This document shows, one piece after another, positions 29,416 through 41,400 of a stretch of 64,000 nt of DNA. Positions within the stretch are counted from its first letter, which is position 1. Every line of letters begins with the position of its first letter. The position numbers and the translations under genes are program-made. The stretch covers positions 1,054,001-1,118,000 of the forward strand of contig NC_092673.1 of NCBI RefSeq assembly GCF_964355755.1, read 5' to 3'. The notes below the pieces were generated by a model. It was not told the DNA's origin, did not search any database, and was given only the letters and a program-made list of their open reading frames with translations. The stretch comes from Antedon mediterranea (lineage: Eukaryota; Animalia; Echinodermata).

Positions 29416-29584
29416 AGTCTCTGTCTACACTTCAAACTATATGTGATGTGCCCATATATGGTAGTGATATGCCCAAATATGGTAGAGATATGCCTAAATA
29501 TTGTAGAGATATGACATCATCATGTCCATATATATCACATATGTTTGTCAGTGTTTGTCAAAGTTTGATAGTGTAGACAGAGCA
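29416..29584. mobile_element. MITE family A copy (upstream of the FGF gene)
   Basis: Same TIR core and subrepeats. Confidence 0.8.
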
Positions 29585-30725
29585 TTCGTTAAGATTCTTT
29601 TCCCCTCAAAATTTAAATTGATGATAACCAATTTGATGAGACAGGGCATTAACCCAAAACATATAATCGTTTTTTATCAGCTCATAAAATTACTTTATGA
29701 TTAGTCACATCAATAATTAATAAAAGAATGGAATATTTTTGCTATTGTTATATCATAGCCTCTCCTTGACCGTCTGCGTCGTCTAGCGGTAAACACTAAC
29801 CGTTTCGTGTAAGTTGTTAGTTTTGTTTTCGTACTAATAGCGTACCGGTACTTATAGTACCTGTAAACACGAACCTACTCTCTTGTTGACACTTACTAAT
29901 ACAATTAATAGCAACGTGCTTTGGTTTCTCTTTTTAAAGTTTTTTACGTGGTTACGACGCATTCAGAAGTATTTCCCGTTTTTACAGTAAATATATAATT
30001 TACCGCAAATAAGTCTCTTCTTGTACTTTCTTCCTCTTAATATGTTATTAAAAGTTCGGATGTGATCTATTATGCAATCGATATTAAACTTCCGAAACTA
30101 TTTTTAGAATTTATTTTCTGAACTTTGTTTAGAAATTCAACGTGCTTTATTGTTATCGTAACAGATAACGGTAAGTGATCCGTTTATTTGAGGCGAATCA
30201 AAAGAAATGGAATTCTTTTTCGTTCAATAACCCTATTAACATGTTAGCCAATCTTTTATTCTATGATTGTGAGATTATAAATGGTGGATTATATTTTCAA
30301 TTGTTCGTCTATTGGGGACATACTTTATAAACCTCAAATAACGCTCTTTCGAAAGTGTGTACAACAGTCGTTCGACTTTGGGTCGTTCGTCTTCGGGTCG
30401 TTCGTCCTGAGTTCGGATTTTTCGACGGTGACTTCGGGTCGTTTGTCCTGAGTTCGTGCCCCGGTACGTGCGTGTATATTGTGTCTCCGCTTTACGTCAC
30501 TGACAAATTAGTAGATGAATTTTACTTTATCGTTTTTAAATGTCAAGTTGCTTCTTAAAATATGTTATGAAATTATTACCATAGTTTTTGAATTGATCAC
30601 TAGTACGCAGTCTACAAGATCAACATTCATGAAATAGTATTCGGGTTATTATAAGTGTACATTTTAAAATGGTAACACACGATGAGAATGGCAGTGACGT
30701 CATGCTCAGTAAGGAATACCGGTAA

Positions 30726-31368
30726 ATTATTTAAAATATGAATTAAACCATCATATTTCTCCATGATTACTATTTAGTTTGAACATTAGGCCTATAAATG
30801 ATATTAATCACATTGGTGACATAGTTATTTATTCATTTGTAAATTTGTTATCTTCATTTTCAGATCGCCGTTACCACGAAAATAAAAATAAAATAATCCA
30901 ACCAACTTTCTTTCCATGTATACAGTTTGATATTTGTCGTGGTTTAAGTATCGTTGTTATTGTTTAATTAAACTATTATATTTTAAGCACAATATTGTCT
31001 ATACATTAAACATATTATAAAAGCTAAGATTACACATCCACCCACATTATTTAAAATATGAATTAAACCATCATATTTCTCCATGATTACTATTTAGTTT
31101 GAACATTAGGCCTATAAATGATATTAATCACATTGGTGACATAGTTATTTATTCATTTGTAAATTTGTTATCTTCATTTTCAGATCGCCGTTACCACGAA
31201 AATAAAAATAAAATAATCCAACCAACTTTCTTTCCATGTATACAGTTTGATATTTGTCGTGGTTTAAGTATCGTTGTTATTGTTTAATTAAACTATTATA
31301 TTTTAAGCACAATATTGTCTATACATTAAACATATTATAAAAGCTAAGATTACACATCCACCTACATT
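30726..31368. repeat. Essentially perfect 320-bp tandem duplication
   Basis: Copies start at 30726 and 31046; ORFs 30779 and 31099 are identical. Confidence 0.95.
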
Positions 31369-31554
31369 TTGACGGGTTCTATTTTGCTTTCTTCGAATCC
31401 AGCGAATTGATTCATCGAACCAGGAACCAATCGCAACAAACAATAGTTTAATTCAACATCTTATTAGACAACTATGCCGCTTCGACTATCTCTATTTTCT
31501 ATTTTCAAACAGTCTTGAAATTGCGTATCTTGACACAAACACGCACTTAATTTG

Positions 31555-31735
31555 ACGTGTGCAGACTTACGTTGAAGTGCGCCCATTTACTTTCATGTGC
31601 GCACGCCACGTTGAAGTGCGCCCATTTACTCCACGTGCGCCCATCACGTTGAAGTACGCCCACCAAAGAGTTGTAATAAGCACAATCTTTGACGCCCACT
31701 TAATTTCACGTGCGCACACCACGTTGAAGTGCGTG
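31555..31735. repeat. Degenerate repeat of CACGTTGAAGTGCGCCCA units
   Basis: About four recognisable units. Confidence 0.65.
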
Positions 31736-32124
31736 TTTAAATAATGTTATTACATTTGTGGCTTTTGTAAATGCCCGCGTCAACTTTTTATCATATATCA
31801 AGGCTCATGAGTCGTCGATGAGGAGGAAACGGATCCAGACATTTCTATCCGATGAGTTTAATATCTGATATACGTGATATTTTAATTTCATATGCCTAAT
31901 ACTAACGTCGTGTGGTCTGAAACGTGGGTGATATTTTAACATTAATCGCTTAATTAGTTTTTAATCGTTATGTTTGTCACCACAATAAGGATATTATTAA
32001 TCAAAGGGCTATTATAACACCACATGTAGGACAACACTGGTATTTTTAACGCACGATTTTAACCATTGGTCATACCTATGGTCCCTGTAAAAATGCGTTG
32101 TCATGTATTTTCGCGTTTAATGGT

Positions 32125-32265
32125 GGTATCCACTGGAGACGCAATGCATAGACGGGAGCGAATTGACCAATGACAAGCCACTGTTCGAATAATCCATCGC
32201 TTGTGATTGGTCAAATCACTTCGTTGCGTTACGTCCTTGCTGGCGTCGCTAGTGGGAACCAAGCT
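32125..32265. mobile_element. MITE family B diverged copy
   Basis: Ends in GTCGCTAGTGGGAACCAAGCT. Confidence 0.7.
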
Positions 32266-33220
32266 GTAGGTGCATGAGCGGTCTTCTTGCAAGGGATTTA
32301 AACAGACAATTCAACATGTATAATAATTGGAATATCTGGAATAATACAATCACGATTCATTCACTTAAATAATGACATGGAACGGCCTAAACAAACAATA
32401 GTCCTCTTAGTCTTCGTATTAGCAATCAATAGATTAAAATTATCGGTTTAATAAGCGCACGCACGAGTAGACGCGCGCGCGTGTCGGCGGTAAACATAAC
32501 CGATATTTTATACTTATAGTGCATAATGTTATTTTCAGTATCTGCTATAGTTAAACATTTCTAGGAATTTAGTGAAAAGATGTAACTTTTGTTTTATTTA
32601 TAGACGTCCTCAAATGTCTTCAAACAGACAACATACAGATAAATTCACCTATTTTTGCAGACAATTCCTCGAAGTTGACATTTACCGTGAGTGTGCAGAG
32701 GCGTATTTGTGCGTTTGGTAGCCGAATAAATACGTGCTTGTTGTCAAAATTTGAGCTACAAATTGCTTATAAATAAGTTTAATTGTGTACCCAACCACTT
32801 AATTAACCTACGTGTATCCACGCATTGTTTATTAAGCTCTATGTTGTCGTCCACTTTTACGTAATAAACGATAGATTATGAGTTTTTAAAATTATCGATG
32901 TTATTAATTTTGCTTTGGGCCTACGTCATTTTAATCTAATTGGCAACTTGTTTACGACGGAGGAACTTTCTGCTCTCCAAATATTAATAGGTTTGGAACA
33001 AAACACTTGATCAATTTCCGGATCATCACACATTAACATGTTTGTCTGTTTGTTTTACTTGTTCGTATTTTATGACAGGCATACTTAATTTACTGTTTTC
33101 TTATACAGATATCAGATTTTTTTTTTATCGATGAATACCGTATTCAATTTTTTTTTAAATTAATGAATAAATATTTATTTGCTATGGGATTGAGGAAGGC
33201 TTAAATAACATTTCACTAAA

Positions 33221-33364
33221 ACTTGGTTCCTACTATAACGCGACGTCGGATGAAGCCCATCACAAGTAATTGACCAATCACGATGCGCGATAGATCATCT
33301 GAACTGTCGCCTGTGATTGGTCAGCTCACTTGCGTTGAGCTTGCGTCAAGCGACAACCAAACTT
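33221..33364. mobile_element. MITE family B diverged copy
   Basis: CTTGGTTCC..TTGACCAATCAC..GTGATTGGTCA..AACCAAACT. Other partial copies lie at ~3540-3661, 4945-5025, 15990-16100, 21565-21655 and 35785-35950. Confidence 0.65.
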
Positions 33365-34134
33365 ATATATTTTTTATAGAGTACGATTGTAAAAATAAGT
33401 TCTGGTTAGGCCTATTTAAAAAAATGTTTTTAAATATCTGACCTTATTAACGGCATTCCTACTCAAAACTGCAAGAATTTTAATTTTCAAAATTAAATGC
33501 TTAAATCGATATAAGCAGACGACCTAAAGTCAGACCACAGTACTTTGGCGCTAATAAAGTAGGCCTGAACAGGTCTCGACATCCCACTATTTTGACCATC
33601 TCTTCAACTCTTACTAATGCTTTTATAGGTTAAATTTATTATATAAATTTACGCAATTAAAGCATATTTTGAATTTCTGTCGTCGAATAAACCCACGCAT
33701 TCTTAACTAGAACACGTTTGCTGAAAATGTAATATTTCATATATCATGTGTATTATATAAAATATCATATACGTTTTTATTTGATGGATTGAATATAGAA
33801 ATGTAAATTAGCCTATTCTTTTACGTCTTTCAAACACCGGGCGCACACCAACAAAACGCCATAAGCGTTGGCGCCCTGGATGTGCGTGAACTCCGGAGTT
33901 TTGCTGGCGATGTGGGAAAGGGGCGAGTTTTGGTAGTTGGTACGGGCAGGTGGTACCATCGAAATGCCCATTGAGTTTAAGCTATAAAGTCAGTTGATTA
34001 AAAATTCTTCGGTTCTGCTAAACATGGCCTTATTGAAATTGTCATGGATGTGATGCTCTGTCGAAGGTTTGATTACAGGGACATGATATAACCGGTATTA
34101 AACCCATTACCCCCTTGATTTTGGTTCTGCTAAA

Positions 34135-35103
34135 GATAACCTTTTGGATGGACCCACGTCCATAAGGAAGTATATAAGGTGTCTAAGAACCTTGGGATCA
34201 TTTCTAGGCTTTCTTCCTTCCTCCCAACTAATATTCTCAGGACCCTTTATTGCACACTCATCCTTCCTTATTTGAGCTATGGTAACATTGTCTGGGCCAA
34301 CACTTACCCTTCAAACATCATTAAACTCTCTATCCTACAAAAAAAAGCTATCAGGACTATATCTGGCGCTCATCCACTGTCACATTCCTCCCACTTATTC
34401 TCCAAACTCAATCTTCTCAAACTCTCGGACATTCCCCTATCCCAGCAAGGTGTCTTTGTTTTTTTGGCCACTCACTCACTTCTCCCTTGCCATCTAAACG
34501 ACCTTTTCGCTCCTAATAATACCGTTCATAAATATTATACTAGAACAAGAAATAACATATATATCCCTAACCATAACACCAATTATTTTCAACATAGCAT
34601 TAGATATTCTGGACCTCTATTGTTTAACAATTTACCCCCCTCAATTTCCTGTGCTGCCAACCGCTATTCATTTAATAATAACATAAAAAATTACCTTTTG
34701 TCTCATTACTGATCGATCTGTTTGATATGGTCGTTTTTTCCATGTTCCGTGACTTGCTATCTTTATTATTCAATTGTCATCATATTCGCTATATGCCATG
34801 CAGCTGTACTTTTTTCTGTTCTTTTTTTATTTTTTATTCCAACTTTTATCTACTGGTTTTATATATATTTTGTATTTCTTTATTGTTTAATTAATTTATT
34901 TTCTTTATTTATATATATTTTTTTTTTTTTCTTCTCTTATTTAAATATTTTGTAAAGGCAATCCCGTCACAAGATTGTAATCTTTTTGGGATTTGCCTTC
35001 GTCCATTTTCTTGTTTTATCACTTGCCATTTTGTTTTTGTTACTTTTGTCTTTTGGACGTGAATAAATGTTCCTTGAATTGAATTGAATTGAATTGAATT
35101 GAA
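34135..35103 (+). mobile_element. 5'-truncated non-LTR retrotransposon (CR1/L2 group): ORF2 C-terminus, 3'UTR and (TTGAA)6 tail
   Basis: ORF 34179-34712 has post-RT motifs (LYCTLILPYLSYGNIVW, LQKKAIRTI, HKYYTRTR, SIRYSGPLLFNNLP). It is followed by a T-rich 3'UTR, a stem-loop AAGGCAATCCC..GGGATTTGCCTT (~34955-34999) and a TTGAA tail at 35074-35103. Confidence 0.9.
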
Positions 35104-37008
35104 GGTGTTGTTAATTACAGGAACCCTGGATAATCCAGGGACTGGTAGAGAACCCGGCCATTCATTACAACATGTAAATCACTCAAACCAATGGTCACCA
35201 AAGCAAAAAATCACAATCTGCTGCTATTGTCACGGCGGACTTTCATATTGACTCTTCTTAAATAATATCCAAGTGCAGAGCATACAACCATGATTACGAA
35301 AAATAACAAACAGTATCTACAACGACTTTGTAACAAGCGATATAATCAACGAATACGATATTCTTTTGAACAACGAAGACTTCAAAGGACGCCGACGACA
35401 ATGCAAGATTGTCTAATGTGTTTAATGATGAGGTATAAATCAGCACAATATTGCGGGATCAAAGTCAAGGGCACAACAATAGGCATTCACAATAAACATT
35501 GATACGGACGAGAACAATCGCGTATACAACTTACAGAGCAAGGCGACTATATCACAACTAACGCGCGCAATGCACGTAATTTTAACAATTACAAGCGGTA
35601 GTACAAAACGTGTTTATTCCTATCTCAAATACGCTATTTAATTTGTGGTTTCACTTACGATTGGTTCCCACTAGGACCGTTGCAACTGCTTTAGGCCTAC
35701 GTTGGTATGGACATTTCTGGTTATAATAGGGTGTCTACTAAAAAAAGAAATAGGCCTAAAAGTATGTGGAATTTAAGCTTTGCTTACTAGGACGCAACGG
35801 GAAGGACGTAAACGCAACGGGAAGGACGTAAACGCAACGCAAATAATTTGGCCAATCAAGTAATAGCTTATCCGAACTGTCGCATTGTCATTGGTCAACT
35901 CGCTTGCGTTGCGTTTACGTTATTTTGTTGCGTCCTCTAGTTATATACATCAAACCAAAGTGCTGTCAGACTGCAACACAAATTATGACATTTTCAATTT
36001 AATAAGCATACTAGCATTGAACAAGGTAGATTGGATCTATAATTCACATGCTTATTACACCCTGGAAAGGGACTCCACACTTTGGGGTTACTGTGTCAAA
36101 CGATCGAACTTATCATAAGCTATCTTTAGTTTGATTGGTCAAATCTTCACTTGAAACCATCCAATTGTCAGATTGAAAGAAAAGAATAAAGAAGTTTCAA
36201 GTTCCATTGTACCCCCGATATTGCAACCATTTATTAGAAAGCTTTGTCAATATACAAGTTCTTTAATTCCGTTCTTCCGTGTACCATCATCTATTGTGTT
36301 CATGTGGACGATATTATACCTCCTGTGATGTTGGTAAACAAAGCCTTCAGAAGGATTGCTTGCTTGACACTTTACAGCGGTATCAGATGTATTTGTCGAA
36401 CATATTGGATGAAAAGCGTACCGTGATAGCTACATTGAATCGTGGTAAGGCTTAACAAAGCTGGCCGTCTCGCTCCGCACTAAGCCGGTTCTTATTTACT
36501 TGAGCTTGCCCTTTGCTATTACTGGGAGAAAGTTGAGCATTGTGTCAAACTCGGAGATTATATTTGTAATAAAGTAATTTATGATTTAGAAAATTGTGAA
36601 AAGTACGCAAATGGTCACTTCGTCAATTTGTAGAGACTGTGTGACCAAGTGACACAAACTTTGACGCGCGCGCGTAAAGTAGGCTACGTCATGCGTCAAC
36701 TATGTGGTAATTGGGCTGTCAATGCTAATCGCAATATATAGACCTACCTAGGCCTATTCATTTTTAAATGAATAACATGGTTGCATGCCAATAGGCATAT
36801 TCCTATTTGCAACTTACACGATTTTGTGAACACATAAATTGTAAGTATTTCGGTTTCATAGAGGGCGTTATACACTTAAGTTAACTTAAGTTTTGTATCA
36901 GAATTTTGTATGTGAAATAAGCAATTAAGATATATTAGTATCCCCCCAAAATAGAGTATACAAAATGGACGGAACGAAACTTCTAATTATGCAATCGCAA
37001 TTATGCAA

Positions 37009-37201
37009 TTTTAATATCTATTTTTAAAGATTAAATAAAGTATTTTAAAATGTGGGAAAATGTTTATGGAAATGAGGCTTCGTATGGTATCAGCCCTATC
37101 GGCCTTTTCTGTTTTAATATCTATTTTTAAAGATTAAATAAAGTATTTTAAAATGTGGGAAAATGTTTATGGAAATGAGGCTTCGTATGGTATCAGCCCT
37201 A
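37009..37201. repeat. Tandem duplication, period 103 bp
   Basis: Identical ~90-bp copies at 37009 and 37112. Confidence 0.9.
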
Positions 37202-37399
37202 ATTTATAGATGCAACCATTCGGATAGTCATGATATCAAAGATATTCTTTAATGATATAGACTTCAAACAATAGATAGAAGGCCAGATTATTATTATCTT
37301 TAAATATAAAACAGAAAGTTCTTGTTTCTGCCTCGAAATAAAATATTTATTGTACTTGTAGGCCTACTTCATCTATGCCAACAGACAGCTAACTGTAGA

Positions 37400-37551
37400 G
37401 AGAGCCGAGAGAGGGAGCCTTTTAAACAATATGTATACTGCCACCACATGATCGATTGCATAATTATTGCACAATTTTAATAACAAATACATGACTCATG
37501 AATGTGTAGAAATCTTAACAACTGACACTAACTGTTTTAAATGCTATTTTG
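37400..37551 (+). other. Putative non-coding first exon of FBXW4 (5' boundary unknown)
   Basis: Donor G|GTAAGA at 37552; the acceptor just before the ATG at 38239 implies an upstream exon. Confidence 0.35.
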
Positions 37552-38238
37552 GTAAGAATTAGAATACATTATTATAAATTATAGTTGTACGTGTATAGAT
37601 CTAATTCATGTTATGCATTATTATACATGAGTAAGCCTAGCTATGGCTAGGCCAATAATTAATATACTTATAAGTTATATACTACTAGGCCTAGTTAGGC
37701 CTAGGTTAGGCTAGTAATTTATTTACGCGGCTAGGCTTAACTATACTAGAGACTAGTAGTACAAGTAAGCAGGCATGTCGTGTCCGCGTACACTCACGTC
37801 CTAAGTACTATACTAGGCTAGGCTATGCCAGCATAGATGATTCGTACATTTATTTATATTTTATTTATCTAGGCCTAGGCCTATACTTTGTGACCTCTTC
37901 AGCACAACAAATAGAAAAACACGCCTAACCTTTATAGTTAGGCCTGCTTAGCTGTATTGTTGTCATGTCAGCATAATATAATAATACAACATTCATGGAA
38001 GTGATTAAAGGGAGTTGAAGGATACAGTATTTATTAACAACTGTACTTTTCTACCCCACTGCCTAGCCACTATACATCATTTCAAAGGCCTGTCATAAAG
38101 TATTATGTCACAAATACCCTGTTGAAAGAAAGACTGCAAGATTTTCCAAATAGCATAGCGTGTTGACAGTTGAAACTAGACATAAGTTCTGTTTAAAAAA
38201 TTGTTATTTACGAATTAATCTTTGCCTTATTCCTAAAG

Positions 38239-38432
38239 ATGATGACTACGTGTTCGTTATTAGACTTAAATAAGGACGTGTTGTTCCTGCTTGCATCGTA
38301 TTTATCCATAAAAGATCTTGGAAGACTCTCGCAAGTATGTCGGCAACTTCGTTCATTCTGCAACCAAGATGCTGTTTGGAGAAATGACAATAAAAAGAGG
38401 CTTCTAGCTACGAGTTCAAATGGCAAAGGGAA
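38239..38432 (+). CDS. FBXW4: FBXW4 coding exon 1 (F-box)
   Basis: A pyrimidine tract and AG sit immediately before the ATG; donor GTAAGT at 38433. Confidence 0.9.
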
Positions 38433-41400
38433 GTAAGTTTATAATTCAAGTAAATCATCTGAGACACACCCCATTATAATAGTTTTAAAAATAAGAGAGG
38501 TTTTTTAAAATAAGAGATGTTTTTTCTATACATTTTCTAATAGTCTACTTTCACCAACCAAGTCTTTAGTTATTCTCTTTTTTGTGTTAGTCTTTACTCA
38601 GCTTTTCGATGTTTTTCTGAAAAGTAGTATACGTATGAAACGCCATATGTGCCAAAATATTTGTTTTTTTACTAATATTAAGTCAAAACCTAGACTAAAT
38701 TTATGGTAATCAAGATTTAAATATTGCATAATAATTTTTTTTTCCACTTTTCATTCCAGATATCCAAAACTGAATCTGAAGGAGATATGTAGACTTTCAA
38801 GAAATTGGGAAAATGGATTGATGAAGGATGTACAACTAATTAAGTTGAAGACACAGTAAGTACACAGTGATAAAAGGGAAATGTTTTAACTGATATACAG
38901 TCAACTCTCCAAATACCAGACTCTCTGAAAACCAGAAACTCTCCCAAAACCAAAAGGTCCCAAATTCATTTTACCATTAAAAACACATTCTGAATACCAG
39001 ACTTTCTGGAAAACCAGACATATTAGGCCACCAGCCCAAGGGTGTACGGTATTAGTAGAGTTGTATTGAATTTATAGAAACTAGAAACAAGAACACAGTA
39101 AATACACAAGCATTTATTGTTTTCTCAAGAGATATGAATGTGAATTTAACTTTTTAGCTTACTTACTTTTGTTTGTTTACTTCATACAGACTGCTGCCAC
39201 ACTTGCAACTTCAAAAAGATCAACTGTATGTGAGCCATGGAGAAAACGTTCATTGTTATAGAATTAAAAACAATGGCAACATTTCAAAGAACCCTGTTTT
39301 AGTGTGTTCCAAGCATGTTCATGACATTTGCAAATTTGTGGTTAAAGATGGCCACATTGTTACTGGGGCAAGGTATGATATCATTACAGTGTATTAAGCT
39401 CTGTTTACACTCCCAAAGTTTATGTGACAACAAAATGTGATGTGCCCATTAATGCCAAATCACTACCATATTTGGGCAGATCACACTGTAAAACTAGTTT
39501 GTAGACAGAGCTTTATAAAATCAATAGAAAGTGAGTTTAATGGAGCTGTTGGTGGGGGTTTACATGCTTGGCTTCCGATCCCAAGGTCCAGGGTTCGATC
39601 CTGATTACTTTTTCTACTCCATTTTATAAGCCTCAAATTCTGGTAGAGATAAAACACCTTATCACACGTTCTTGTTTTATAGAGACCATCAAATAAACAT
39701 ATGGAAGCTTACTAGAGGACCAAATGTCCAGTTTGTCCGCACTCTGAGTGGTCATTCGCTTAAAGTTAACTGTGTTGATACACATGACAGCATGGTATTG
39801 TCGGGGTCAGCTGACAAATCATGGCGCCTGTGGTCGTTGGAGCATGACAGATGTCTGTTGGAAAGTGAAATGTCAGATAGGGTACTTTCTGTTGCAATCA
39901 ATTCCTGGAATAAGTAAGTTACCAGGTACCTACTGTGAAACAAAGTGAACTTATGCCTAAACTAACTTAACTGTTGGACAACTTGACTGTAAAATGAAGT
40001 GAACTTATGCCTAAACTAACTTACTGTAACTGTTGGACAACTTGACTGTAAAATGAAGTGAACTTATGCCTAAACTAACTTAACTGTTGGACAACTTGAC
40101 TGTAAAATGAAGTGAACTTATGCCTAAACTAACTTAACTGTTGGACAACTTGACTGTAAAATGAAGTGAACTTATGCCTAAACTAACTTAACTGTTGGAC
40201 AACTTGACTGTAAAATGAAGTGAACTTATGCCTAAACTAACTTAACTGTTGGACAACTTGACTGTAAAATGAAGTGAACTTATGCCTAAATTAACTTAAC
40301 TGTTGGACAACTTGACTGTAAAATGAAGTGAACTTATGCCTAAACTAACTTAACTGTTGGACAACTTGACTGTAAAATGAAGTGAACTTATGCCTAAACT
40401 AATTTAACTGTTGGACAACTTGACTGTAAAATGTAATAATATTATATTAGGGAGTTTTCGCAATCTTACAAATACGATAACGAAAACGGATACGTCACGC
40501 ACACGTATTCGTTTTTCGTAAGCCAGTAAAAATCTGTTTCGCATAGCAACGAAATATTGAGGGCGCCGTCCAAAATATGATTGCGGTAAATTTGAGCGAA
40601 GCGCAGGTACGTGTTGCTTAGTGCTTGGCTGCCTAGGCCTAGCGTAACATCAAAGCGAGTGAGGACTAAAAAAAAGCTATTTATCAAAATTTACCTGGCA
40701 TTTTAGTAAATTACTTTAGTAAATTACTTTCAATAAATCTATAAATTATGTGAAAAATAGATCAAAAACTATACTCGTTTTGTAGTTACAAATATGACTG
40801 GTGATATTCGTCAACACGAATACGCTTTACGAATATGAAATGGGGATCAGCTCAAAAGTTTCACAACTGTGTGATGTATCCGTTTTCGTTATCGTATTCG
40901 TAAGGTTGCGAAACCTCCCTATTATCTGAAAATGAATGGTTGGTGACAATAACGCTAGTTGGTCATACCCAGTACCGTTTTGATTTTACGATCATTCGGG
41001 AAACCACCTCACGGAGTTAAATTGTTGCACCTACATTTTGATTCTAAAACTCTATTTTGATTTTGTTTTTCAGAAATATCATTACAGGTACATCATGTAT
41101 TAATGACCACAAACCACTTGATATATGGAATATTGAAAAGTAAGACATTTTAGTTATATATATATAGATTAGTGTGGTCCATCCCATTATGTATTAATTA
41201 AATAAAACAAAAGAGTGTATCCTTGCCATGTCATTGGTTAATAGTTTTATGTATCATCTCATTTAGTATTAGTTCTTACAAACTGTGATATTGAATGGTT
41301 CTATTGAAAGGTTGGTAACTATATTCAGCCAGGGGAAAAATGGCAAACGACTTCCTACTTTCTAGGAGTTTGATCAGATAATCAATTTTTATTTTGACAA

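Noticed and set aside
34179-34712. 177-aa ORF as a host gene
   Set aside because: It is the C-terminus of a truncated LINE ORF2 with no RT core.
35124-35140. CCCTGGATAATCCAGGG palindrome as another footprint hairpin
   Set aside because: No flanking 7-bp duplication.
39541-39605. tRNA gene
   Set aside because: Only a B box is clear and no cloverleaf forms; treated as a SINE remnant.
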